From a virus (lineage: Duplodnaviria; Heunggongvirae; Uroviricota; Caudoviricetes): a DNA stretch of 64,000 nucleotides. The notes under the pieces are model-generated. The model worked only from the letters and a program-made list of their open reading frames with translations. It searched no databases and was not told where the DNA came from. Location of the stretch: positions 128,001-192,000 of the IMG/VR virus record IMGVR_UViG_3300037067_008064; one strand, written 5' to 3'. Of the stretch, positions 49,216-57,958 are shown in pieces; position 1 is the first letter of the stretch; every line of letters starts with the position of its first letter. A program made the position numbers and the translations under genes.

Positions 49216-49279
49216 TCATTTATCTTTTTATAACCGTTTTATGATTATTCCAAAGTAATTAATTACTCAAGACAAATAA
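49216..49279 (-). ncRNA. Candidate cis-regulatory three-way-junction RNA leader
   Basis: P1 UUAUUUGUCUU/AAGAUAAAUGA, P2 GAGUAA/UUACUU, P3 AUAAUC/GGUUAU; the G-U pairs work only on the minus strand. Confidence 0.5.
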
Positions 49280-49327
49280 AAATAAGTTTATTTTTTAATT
49301 ATATTTCTAAAGAACAAAAAGTTTTAA

Positions 49328-49777
49328 TTAAATTCGAGTATCGAATTTAAAATAAATTGTAATAATTTCTGAATGTTCACTTATTGCTGTTCCAAATAAA
49401 ATTCCAGAAGCATTATAATGGTTCATAAAATCAATTTTTAAAATTAAATCATTTGGTTTACAATACATTATTTTGTTATTAATTTTAATACCAATTTTGA
49501 TAATTGAATCTAATGTATCTTTCATTATAGACCAAACCCCAGTTCCATTTTCAATTGGTATTGGTTTTGGATTCGTTAAGAAAATATCTATATATTCTGG
49601 TTCTAACGTAGATTCTGTATTAAAAGTAATTGTAATTATATTTTCTCCCGGTTGATCTTTAAAATTAAATAAAACGGTATGTTCTATTAAATTATCACTT
49701 TTATCAACTATATTATTAGCAGTATAATATATTACATTTGTTTTATAATCCAAAATTTTACCATCTATTTCTTCCAT
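49328..49777 (-). CDS. Hypothetical protein (start revised to MEEIDG)
   Basis: Packed ORF. Confidence 0.55.
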   Translation of the reverse strand: MEEIDGKILDYKTNVIYYTANNIVDKSDNLIEHTVLFNFKDQPGENIITITFNTESTLEPEYIDIFLTNPKPIPIENGTGVWSIMKDTLDSIIKIGIKINNKIMYCKPNDLILKIDFMNHYNASGILFGTAISEHSEIITIYFKFDTRI

Positions 49778-49778
49778 T

Positions 49779-50291
49779 TTAATTAATTTTTTTATACATA
49801 AAAATATCATATTCCTCTAAATTAATATCAGAACTTACTCCATAATCATAATCCCAAAACAAATTTGGTGTATATCCAATAAATCCTACTTTTTTATATT
49901 TGTTATACAATATTTCAAAATTTTGTTTTTCATGTGGGTCTACTTGTAAAACAATATAATCATAATCATTTTTTAAATACTCACATAATTTATTTATTAT
50001 TTCTCTTAGATTTCCTTTCCCAGGATTAAATAATCTAATAAAAGATAAAAAAATAACCTTCCCATTTAATTCTGATTCAGATTCAATTTCCAATTCAGAG
50101 TATTCATCTTTTGATAAAACTAAAAAACCTATTTTTTCTTCCAAATTATTATCTACAATATCAAAAAATAAATCATCACCTATAATATAATTACAACCAG
50201 CATTTCTTGTATTAAGTCCAAATTCATCTTCTAAACTTTTTTGTGGTTCTGGTGGTATAAGTTCAATATTTTCTACTAATCTAGCCCTCAC
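49779..50291 (-). CDS. GNAT-like protein with RARLVEN leader
   Basis: FIRLFNPGKGNLREII...LQVDP...KYKKVGF. Confidence 0.5.
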   Translation of the reverse strand: MRARLVENIELIPPEPQKSLEDEFGLNTRNAGCNYIIGDDLFFDIVDNNLEEKIGFLVLSKDEYSELEIESESELNGKVIFLSFIRLFNPGKGNLREIINKLCEYLKNDYDYIVLQVDPHEKQNFEILYNKYKKVGFIGYTPNLFWDYDYGVSSDINLEEYDIFMYKKIN

Positions 50292-52231
50292 TATCTTTCA
50301 TATTTTAAATACCCAATTAATTGATTAACCGGGCCAAAATTTCCAGTTATCTTTAATAAATTTCCTTTATAATCAAATACAATTCCTTCAGTTGGTGCTA
50401 TATAATCCATGCCCCCACCTATTTGTAATCTTTCTAATTGGTTAGTTAAAAAATCTAAAGCTTTATTAGCAATTTCTATACTTTCCGTTTTCATTTGTTC
50501 AACATATTTATATAAATCATCTATTGCTTTTAAAACTTTATCACGAATTTTCTTTGATGTTTCAGTTGGATTTGATGATGCTAAACCATCCAAATTCAAT
50601 AATACTGTTGAACCAAATTTTAATATAATTGTTTCTATTGGTCTAATAATATTCTTAAGTACTTTATCAATGTTTTTATCAGCATTTTTAAACCAAGCAA
50701 TATCTTCAGGTTCTTCTACACCTTGTAATAATTTATTAATAGAAATACTTTTATCATCTTCACCCCACCTTTTAACAAATCCTGTTATAACTGCATCGCC
50801 TACATTTAATCCAGCATTAACAATATATTCTGTTAATTTAGTATTAACATAATCTTGAATTGTTATATCTTCATTTGGTTCTATTCTATTTAAAAATGTT
50901 ATTAACTGTTCTTTAATTTTATTAGAATTTTGAATAGTTTTAATTATTAAAGTATTAGTAGGGGCAATTAAAAAAGTTCTTTCTGATTTTTGAAATGTTT
51001 TTGATTTTTGTATAGCATCATATAGTTCTTGTAGATTATCTTTACTAACATTTAACAAATCTCCATTCTGATCTATTTCTCTAAAGTGATGCATTCTTAG
51101 TTGTGCAGTTCCATAAGGAATAACATTTTCAGTATCAGGAAATATTATTTCCATGTTTAACCACACTTTACCATTTTGAAATATTTTATTAACGTCAACT
51201 TTAGATAATTTTAAAGCACTTTGTAAATCAGTCATTGCATTAACGAAAGCAGTTTCTATAGAACCCCTTCCACCAAAAAATTGTTTCATACCTTCAATAT
51301 CTAATGCACTCTCACCATAATTTTTAAGATGTCCTTTATTTCTTGCAGCAATAATCTTATTATCTTTAAATGAACACATTAAATTTTGACCATCAAGTTT
51401 TTCAGATATGTTTTCTATTTTTGATTCTAAACCATCTGATACAATTTTCTTTAAATCTTTAAAAGTTAAATTTTTTGCTTCCCATATGTTTTTCATATGA
51501 CCAGCTCCACCTCCTTCAAATATATCATAACTTTCACTTATGGTTCTCATATGTTTTTTCAAAAGATCTAATATTTGGTCTATTTTATCTCTATTGATTC
51601 CTGGGTAGTTAGTAGTAAAATTACCTAAATTAGTTTCATAATCAACACATTCACCCTGTTCACAATTAAGTAATTTTTTTAAATCAGCTCTTAAAACTGA
51701 TGCTGATATAGGTGTATTTTCTTTTTCATCTGTTCTTCCTTTATAATATAAAGGATTAATATCAATTGATAATTCTTCTACACTAACATTTTCAGGTAAT
51801 TTTTCAAAATATTTGCCACCTTTCGTTAATGATTTAACAAAATCTAATACTCTTTTATAATCATCTCCTTTATTTGATGAAGCTAAAGCATAAATTCCTG
51901 GGGGTGCATGCAATACATATTCATATGCAGTTCTAAGTGGTGACATTAAAGCCGGATCAACTTTTTCTATTTGAACTTTTTGATTATCTGATAACAAAAT
52001 AGTAGCTATTTCAAATGCAATATTTTGGTCTATGCCATCACGAATACCCGGGCCAATTAATAATTTTAATTGGCTAACTCTTTCGTTATCTGTATATTTT
52101 TTAATTAAAGATAAATGACCACCAGTTAATGGTTTAAAACCACCTGGATATAAAACAATTAGAGATTCATTGCTAACTATTTTATCATCATCTTCTTCAT
52201 TAACCCATTGATGTATACTTTTAAATCCCAT
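50291..52231 (-). CDS. HIGH-family nucleotidyltransferase fused to a ligase-like domain
   Basis: YPGGFKPLTGGH, ISASVLR; then FEGGGAGHM, EKLDGQN, EGIVF, LKITG. Confidence 0.75.
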   Translation of the reverse strand: MGFKSIHQWVNEEDDDKIVSNESLIVLYPGGFKPLTGGHLSLIKKYTDNERVSQLKLLIGPGIRDGIDQNIAFEIATILLSDNQKVQIEKVDPALMSPLRTAYEYVLHAPPGIYALASSNKGDDYKRVLDFVKSLTKGGKYFEKLPENVSVEELSIDINPLYYKGRTDEKENTPISASVLRADLKKLLNCEQGECVDYETNLGNFTTNYPGINRDKIDQILDLLKKHMRTISESYDIFEGGGAGHMKNIWEAKNLTFKDLKKIVSDGLESKIENISEKLDGQNLMCSFKDNKIIAARNKGHLKNYGESALDIEGMKQFFGGRGSIETAFVNAMTDLQSALKLSKVDVNKIFQNGKVWLNMEIIFPDTENVIPYGTAQLRMHHFREIDQNGDLLNVSKDNLQELYDAIQKSKTFQKSERTFLIAPTNTLIIKTIQNSNKIKEQLITFLNRIEPNEDITIQDYVNTKLTEYIVNAGLNVGDAVITGFVKRWGEDDKSISINKLLQGVEEPEDIAWFKNADKNIDKVLKNIIRPIETIILKFGSTVLLNLDGLASSNPTETSKKIRDKVLKAIDDLYKYVEQMKTESIEIANKALDFLTNQLERLQIGGGMDYIAPTEGIVFDYKGNLLKITGNFGPVNQLIGYLKYER

Positions 52232-52232
52232 A

Positions 52233-52613
52233 TTAATATTTATATTCTTTTTTATCAGCTCTTATCCAACATGAACGTTCACTCCAATTTGCTAATTCAA
52301 AATCCCAAAATCTAGTAAACCCATTATCTCTTGTTAATTCATTTAATAAATCTTCACCAGATCCTTTCCATTCATCTTTCATACTAATTCCAGCCGGAAT
52401 ATTTTGAACTGTTCGTTTTGCTGTTACCCAAATTTCTAAATAACTTGGTCTTTCAATAACATTACAATTTGCAGCATCTAATCCAATATTATCATCAGTC
52501 CATTCTTCTAAAAATTGACTTATTTGTTCAATAGAATGTTCTTGTCCATCATAAAATATTTGTTTATAATCAGGTTCTTGATAAAAATCTTCATTTATAT
52601 ATTTTGCTTTCAT
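52233..52613 (-). CDS. Hypothetical protein with MKAKYINE leader
   Basis: Shared leader. Confidence 0.65.
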   Translation of the reverse strand: MKAKYINEDFYQEPDYKQIFYDGQEHSIEQISQFLEEWTDDNIGLDAANCNVIERPSYLEIWVTAKRTVQNIPAGISMKDEWKGSGEDLLNELTRDNGFTRFWDFELANWSERSCWIRADKKEYKY

Positions 52614-52630
52614 TATTATATTTATTTTTA

Positions 52631-52864
52631 TTATTTATTTTCATGTAATATGCACCCAAAATTATCTTCAGTTTCTATATAATCTACATATCCGCCATCC
52701 CAACCTGTTTTTAATTCTATGGTTATAGTACTTCCTATTTCATCACAAATACCAGTATTAATTGCTCCTTCAAAATTCCAATTTGTATTTTGTTTCCAGT
52801 GTATACAAGTTAAACATTTAGGGTATGAATTTTCTATTTCTTCTTTTATTAATTTTGCTTTCAT
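52631..52864 (-). CDS. Small Cys-rich protein with MKAKLIKE leader
   Basis: CLTCIHW...GIC...FGC. Confidence 0.65.
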   Translation of the reverse strand: MKAKLIKEEIENSYPKCLTCIHWKQNTNWNFEGAINTGICDEIGSTITIELKTGWDGGYVDYIETEDNFGCILHENK

Positions 52865-53166
52865 TTTGTAATTAAATTCTTTATTTTCATTATATTATTA
52901 TAAGCATTTTCAGACCACTCATATTCAACTTCATCTGTATTATATAATTTTCTTTGTATTGTTCTTCCTATTTCATCAATAAATATTTCTAGTGCATCTA
53001 AAGTTCTCGGCATATTATAAGCTAAACAATTTCCCCACAATCCATATAATAAACTTTCATTATTAATAACATATAATATTTTATGTACTGGAAAATCTAA
53101 TTGATTTCTTACTATTTTTCTTATAGTTTGTTCATTCATATTTTCATTAATGAATTTTGCTTTCAT
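52861..53166 (-). CDS. Hypothetical protein with MKAKFINE leader
   Basis: Shared leader. Confidence 0.65.
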   Translation of the reverse strand: MKAKFINENMNEQTIRKIVRNQLDFPVHKILYVINNESLLYGLWGNCLAYNMPRTLDALEIFIDEIGRTIQRKLYNTDEVEYEWSENAYNNIMKIKNLITK

Positions 53167-53168
53167 AT

Positions 53169-53942
53169 CTATACAATTCTATTTGCAAGCCAACCAATAG
53201 GATCTTTAATACCCATCATTTTAATAATATATTTCTTAAGACCGGGTTCATCGGCTAAAATACCTTCTGCAATATCAAATGCTTCATCATCTCCGATTCC
53301 ACCTTCACTTTTTAAATCATTAACAAAATCATTAACTTCATCTCTAGTCCACATTCCTTCTTCTCTATATGTTGCATCATCATAAAATCCTTCATCTAAT
53401 GGAATTTTTTTAACTGATAAATTTTCAATGCCAACATTTTTATTTTGTGCTATTCTTCTTTTTAAAGCATTGGCTTCATTTTTAGATAAACCATCATAAT
53501 ATCCATATCTTTTATGATTAAATGTATCTAATACATAATAAGTATTTTCATCTTCTGTTTCTTTTAACATATTTATATTTTTATTTTCATATATTCCTAA
53601 AGCTTCTTGTCCATTATATTTTAAATCATATTTTAAAATATTAAATTCTTCTCTAAAACTTCTAATATCTTCTTTATCAAATTTCTTTTTATCAACATAA
53701 ATATCAATATACATTTTCCAATTTGGGTCTTGTTGATAATATGAAGAATAATGTGAATCGACTTCAATACCATCTTTTTGTAAAGTAGTATGTTGAAGAT
53801 TTCCAACTCCTAAAGTACCATTAGAAAGTTCACCAATTTTTCTAATAACACTATCAACATATTGAAATTGACCAGATAATTTAAAAAGAATAATATTTGG
53901 ATTTTCTTCTAGGTCATAATATTCATAAAGTCTTTTATTCAT
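53169..53942 (-). CDS. Multi-module protein with MNKRLYE leader
   Basis: Linkers MLKE and PLDE; late promoter at 53959. Confidence 0.6.
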   Translation of the reverse strand: MNKRLYEYYDLEENPNIILFKLSGQFQYVDSVIRKIGELSNGTLGVGNLQHTTLQKDGIEVDSHYSSYYQQDPNWKMYIDIYVDKKKFDKEDIRSFREEFNILKYDLKYNGQEALGIYENKNINMLKETEDENTYYVLDTFNHKRYGYYDGLSKNEANALKRRIAQNKNVGIENLSVKKIPLDEGFYDDATYREEGMWTRDEVNDFVNDLKSEGGIGDDEAFDIAEGILADEPGLKKYIIKMMGIKDPIGWLANRIV

Positions 53943-53977
53943 TTAAATGATTATTTTATTATATATCTTTTTAATTT

Positions 53978-54634
53978 TTATATTAATGACTGAAGCATTT
54001 CTATTAGTTCTTTTTGTGGATGACAATCTGATTTATCTGGTCTAAAAGATACATGTGTCCATACACCAGGTTTGCCTCTCAAAGCATCTACATTAACATC
54101 CCACATATCACTATTATAATTTAATGGAATATTATATTTTTGATTCCAATATATTAATAATTCTCTAACTGTTTCTAATTGTGCTAGTGAATATGCTTGA
54201 TAAAACTGTTCACCTTTAAATTTATTTGGATATTCAACAATGGGTACATTTACAGGTTTGTTATATGCGTTTATGAATCCATTATCTGTTTTGTGTAACC
54301 ATCCCCAATTACAGAGTTCAATACCAATAACTGCACGCTCTAATTTTTCACCTGTATCTAAAGGTAAACCTAATGATTGCAAATATTTATTTTTTAATCC
54401 TAAACTATAAGCCCAATATTTAGATGAAAAACATTGATATGGTATGCCATTTATATCAATTACTATACAAACACCTACATGAACACCATCTTGTTTCCAC
54501 CAACTAATAACTCCATCTGCTGAACCAGATGAAACTGTATGGTGTAGTACAATGGTTGTTTTATTGAATTCTTCTTGGTAATAAGTATTTAAAGGAAAGT
54601 CCGTTACTTTTACAATTTTTTCTATAATTCCCAT
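53978..54634 (-). CDS. N-acetylmuramoyl-L-alanine amidase (endolysin)
   Basis: IVLHHT...IGIELCNWG...WTHVSFRPDKSDCHP (Amidase_2 zinc ligands). Confidence 0.9.
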   Translation of the reverse strand: MGIIEKIVKVTDFPLNTYYQEEFNKTTIVLHHTVSSGSADGVISWWKQDGVHVGVCIVIDINGIPYQCFSSKYWAYSLGLKNKYLQSLGLPLDTGEKLERAVIGIELCNWGWLHKTDNGFINAYNKPVNVPIVEYPNKFKGEQFYQAYSLAQLETVRELLIYWNQKYNIPLNYNSDMWDVNVDALRGKPGVWTHVSFRPDKSDCHPQKELIEMLQSLI

Positions 54635-54635
54635 A

Positions 54636-54675
54636 ATAAAGCAATTTTATTTATATATTAATAAAATTGCTTTAT
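54636..54675 (-). promoter_or_regulatory. Hairpin (15-16 bp stem) at the endolysin start, with the late promoter in its loop
   Basis: ataaagcaattttat-ttatatatta-ataaaattgctttat, ending 1 nt before the ATG. Confidence 0.7.
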
Positions 54676-54677
54676 CA

Positions 54678-54763
54678 AAAACACATTCTCTCATCTTTAT
54701 TTTCCGAAGAAAAATGGTTCAATCAGCAAAAGTGGACGGACCAAAGCCCAGCAGAATGTGTCT
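54678..54763 (-). ncRNA. Candidate structured ncRNA of unknown class
   Basis: Closing stem AGACACAUUCU/AGAAUGUGUUU; cUUCGg and cUUUGg tetraloop hairpins; GC-richer than the genome; own late promoter at 54780. Confidence 0.6.
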
Positions 54764-54803
54764 GTTTAAATACTTCGTGTTTATATATTCATTATTTTAA
54801 GAA

Positions 54804-54833
54804 AAATGAACATAAGTCACTTTTATGTTCATT
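54804..54833. terminator. Probable terminator upstream of the ncRNA promoter
   Basis: aatgaacataa-gtcactt-ttatgttcatt. Confidence 0.6.
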
Positions 54834-55143
54834 ATTTTACAAGTGATTTACCGACTTCAGATACTTCATATTCTTCAATACCTTTTTCTAAAATCCCAGT
54901 TTTTATAAAAAGAGAAGCTATTTCTACCGCTATATCCTTTGCTTCTTTTACACAAAGATTAATTTCAGCATCTGTTAACATTGGTATATGTCCTAGTTCT
55001 TCTTTCTTTTCGCACTTACCTTTAATAGTAGCATATAATAATTCTTTATTCATAAAAGGAATTGTAAAATGTCTATCATATTCTCCGCGTTTAATTTCTC
55101 CTTTTATTTTAGCTAAAAAGATATTTCCTTGATGTGTGTTCAT
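54832..55143 (-). CDS. Hypothetical protein
   Basis: ORF track; coding-strand bias. Confidence 0.6.
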   Translation of the reverse strand: MNTHQGNIFLAKIKGEIKRGEYDRHFTIPFMNKELLYATIKGKCEKKEELGHIPMLTDAEINLCVKEAKDIAVEIASLFIKTGILEKGIEEYEVSEVGKSLVK

Positions 55144-55207
55144 AATTTTAATTATTTCTATTTATTATATTTATAATTTTAAATACTAGAAAGATTATAA
55201 TTCAAAT

Positions 55208-55262
55208 AATTTTAACAAAATTTTAACATATTTCTGAACAAAAATTTAACAAAATTTTAAAA
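55208..55262 (+). repeat. Five phased about 11-bp repeats with core TTAACA
   Basis: Cores at 55212, 55223, 55235 (tgaaca), 55246 and 55257 (ttaaaa). Confidence 0.7.
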
Positions 55263-55314
55263 ACTACTTGTGATTTTATCATAAAACTATAGTCTTGAGG
55301 AACTGAAAAAACTA

Positions 55315-55989
55315 TTAACTAGAGAGAATAATATTTTCCTTTTTTACTAATGTTTGTAAGGTCCAGTAAGAATCTACTATATCATCAAGGTTATCTATCC
55401 ACTTCCCGGGTTTTTTTCCTTTTCCTTTCTTTTTAAAAATATTTGGATTATCTTTTAAAATTTTTATTAATTTACAATCAGGGCCTTTTTCTATAAAAGC
55501 ATTTATCATATCTTCTTTTTTCTTTCCTCTTTCTGAGCATCCAGCAGTAGCTTTTACAGTTAATGGAGAATAAGTATACATATTTTCAAATGGAATTATA
55601 ATCCCTAATTTATTCATTAATATATATTTATATCCACCTAATTGTAGAGCTACATCTCCAGAACTACCATACGATAATCCTTCAAATGCGATACAAGAAT
55701 TTTTTATTAAATATGGTTCTAAGAGTTTAAATATAATATCAGCTAAATAATTGGCATTTATTATTTCATATCTCATTTTACTAGAAATATTTTCACCTTT
55801 ATCTTTATCATCACTTCTGTTAATTATTTCTACATCATAATTTAAAAATATATTTTTATTTTTATCTGATATAGTATACGGTAAACATATAAATTTATAT
55901 TTTCCATTATGATAAATTGTAATAGCTGGTTTATTTATAGAAAAATCTACACCTATAATTACAGATGTTGTTTTTATTTTTGACTCCAT
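55315..55989 (-). CDS. RuvC-like Holliday junction resolvase
   Basis: IIGVDFS, IAFEGLSYGS, SPLTVKATAG...KKEDM, DDIVDSY. Confidence 0.8.
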   Translation of the reverse strand: MESKIKTTSVIIGVDFSINKPAITIYHNGKYKFICLPYTISDKNKNIFLNYDVEIINRSDDKDKGENISSKMRYEIINANYLADIIFKLLEPYLIKNSCIAFEGLSYGSSGDVALQLGGYKYILMNKLGIIIPFENMYTYSPLTVKATAGCSERGKKKEDMINAFIEKGPDCKLIKILKDNPNIFKKKGKGKKPGKWIDNLDDIVDSYWTLQTLVKKENIILSS

Positions 55990-56831
55990 TTAATAAATTT
56001 TTGGACATTAAAAGTATGTGGTAATGTTTTATTAATTTCTAATATATCTATGGTTCCATTCCAATCATGAACACAATCACCTATTTTAACTACTAAATGA
56101 TTTCTTTTAACTGGTTGTTTTAAATTTGTGATAAATACTAGAATATTGTTTACATATATTTTTATAATTTTTTTATTTAATACCATACAATTCATAAAGG
56201 TATATCCTTCTGAATTTTCAGGTAAATATGATTTACTTCCGATTGGTGTTCTTTTTGAGGTTATACCACGGTGTACAGTAAAAGTAAGTTTATTTAATGT
56301 ATTTAATGTTTTTCCAAATTGTTCAAATCCATCAATTTCAAAATATGTTCTATTTTCAAATGGAGTAGTTTCTTCTCCTTCTGTAAATATACTAAATAAC
56401 CAAAAAGCAGGCCATGAACCAAGTGCATTTTTACTTATAGAACAAATTACAGTATATCTTGCAAAGTTAGTAGATAAAAAATAATCTTTTGATGTTATAT
56501 TTCCTGATGAATAATTTCTAGTTATACTTTCACCATACCAACCTTTACCTGTAATTGGTGTAATTTCTTTTTTAGATATTATCAATAAACCATTATTATT
56601 AAATTGTACATTCTTTGGAGAAGAAACAGAAATATTATTTGGAACTGCACTCCCCCAATTACCTTCTTCTTGAACAACCCATTTATCAGAATTAATAAAA
56701 TTATCTATAAAATCTATGTTCCATTTTTCTTTTATTTTTTCTATTTGAGTATTAAAATTATCATTATTATTATTAAGAATAAAAAATCTAATACTTAAAA
56801 ACCAATTAATAATATTCCACAGTACTTTCAT
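55974..56831 (-). CDS. Glycoside hydrolase family 16
   Basis: YSSGNITSK, GSWPAFWL, catalytic EIDGFE. Confidence 0.82.
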   Translation of the reverse strand: MKVLWNIINWFLSIRFFILNNNNDNFNTQIEKIKEKWNIDFIDNFINSDKWVVQEEGNWGSAVPNNISVSSPKNVQFNNNGLLIISKKEITPITGKGWYGESITRNYSSGNITSKDYFLSTNFARYTVICSISKNALGSWPAFWLFSIFTEGEETTPFENRTYFEIDGFEQFGKTLNTLNKLTFTVHRGITSKRTPIGSKSYLPENSEGYTFMNCMVLNKKIIKIYVNNILVFITNLKQPVKRNHLVVKIGDCVHDWNGTIDILEINKTLPHTFNVQKFIKWSQK

Positions 56832-56837
56832 ATAATT

Positions 56838-57944
56838 TTACATCAATGATTCTATATCCCATTGTATTCTTTCCATTATATCGGCTTTTGAATTAAGTCC
56901 ATATTCTTTTCTTACATAAGTAATAATCTCAGGAAATGAATAATAAATATTTTCTGCCATATCAAATGCAAATCCACTTGTATCTGGATCGTAATCTTCA
57001 ATTCCGGTATCACCAGGTTCAGAAAAATCTGTTAAAATTTCCCAGTATTTTTTTTCTGATATAGTTTTAGTTTTTTCTGTTATTTTTTTTGGGCCTCTTT
57101 GATCTTTTTTGTAGGCTTTAATTATTTCGTCTACTTCTGGAATTAATTCAGTTGGTAATACAAATAAAAAATCTCTCATTTGAGCTGGTGGAAACTTAAG
57201 TACAACAGGAGCTAATTCTAATGTTAATTCTGGTTTAATAGATGTAACAATCATAGTTCTTGGAGCATTCCAAGTTTTATGTTCTATTGTTACTTCATCT
57301 CCAATTTTCCAATCATATTCATCAACTAATTTCTTATATAAACTGTAATAATTATAATAATCATTTTTATATGCTTTTAAATCTGATTCATACATGGCTG
57401 CTGGGTCATCAAAATCTTCTCCTTCAACATCATAATGTATACCGCCGGCTGGGTCCATCCATCTATTACTTTCACTTGTTAATTCGCAATAACCATAAAA
57501 ATCTTCTGTTCCATCAGTAAAATAAAGTGTATCATTATCTAAGTCTTTTATTATTTTAATTTCATCTTTATCCCAAACTTCATCTCCTTTTTTAAAATGA
57601 GATAATGCACTATCGAGTGTATCATTTCCACCTCCGCCAGGTAACATATAATTTTCATTAATTGCATCTGTATGTTCTACATATAACCATTCTTCCCAAT
57701 CTTCTGTTGTATATGATAATCTATCATTAGCTGATAATTCATCCCAATAATCTTTATATATTCTTTTTAATGCTCTTAAATTTTGATTTCCTGTTTCATT
57801 ATAAATATGATTTGCAAATTCATCAGCATTATTATAATATTCCATTGAATTAGAAAGTTGATCAATTAAAAAATTAACTCCTGTCATATTACTAAATCTT
57901 TCATTTACATTAAATTTTTCATATAATTTTCTTGTGTTTATCAT
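56838..57944 (-). CDS. Multi-module protein with RKLYE/VNE leader
   Basis: Linkers INE, MYE, ITE/ISE. Confidence 0.6.
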   Translation of the reverse strand: MINTRKLYEKFNVNERFSNMTGVNFLIDQLSNSMEYYNNADEFANHIYNETGNQNLRALKRIYKDYWDELSANDRLSYTTEDWEEWLYVEHTDAINENYMLPGGGGNDTLDSALSHFKKGDEVWDKDEIKIIKDLDNDTLYFTDGTEDFYGYCELTSESNRWMDPAGGIHYDVEGEDFDDPAAMYESDLKAYKNDYYNYYSLYKKLVDEYDWKIGDEVTIEHKTWNAPRTMIVTSIKPELTLELAPVVLKFPPAQMRDFLFVLPTELIPEVDEIIKAYKKDQRGPKKITEKTKTISEKKYWEILTDFSEPGDTGIEDYDPDTSGFAFDMAENIYYSFPEIITYVRKEYGLNSKADIMERIQWDIESLM

Positions 57945-57958
57945 CTTATATTATTATT

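Noticed and set aside
54678-54763. tRNA, hammerhead or twister identity for the structured RNA
   Set aside because: GGTTCAATC is T-loop-like but no cloverleaf forms; CUGAUUGA lacks a correctly placed GAAA; the twister-like words are in the wrong order
14529-55262. CRISPR array
   Set aside because: The repeats found are short tandem units without unique spacers, and no cas genes are present
229-57520. Many short plus-strand ORFs in the track (e.g. 229, 501, 8719, 20875, 33074, 50409, 54806, 56128) and nested minus-strand ORFs (9856, 38081, 40947)
   Set aside because: They are shadows of well-supported genes in another frame or strand, with antisense-like S/F/I/L-rich composition and no motifs
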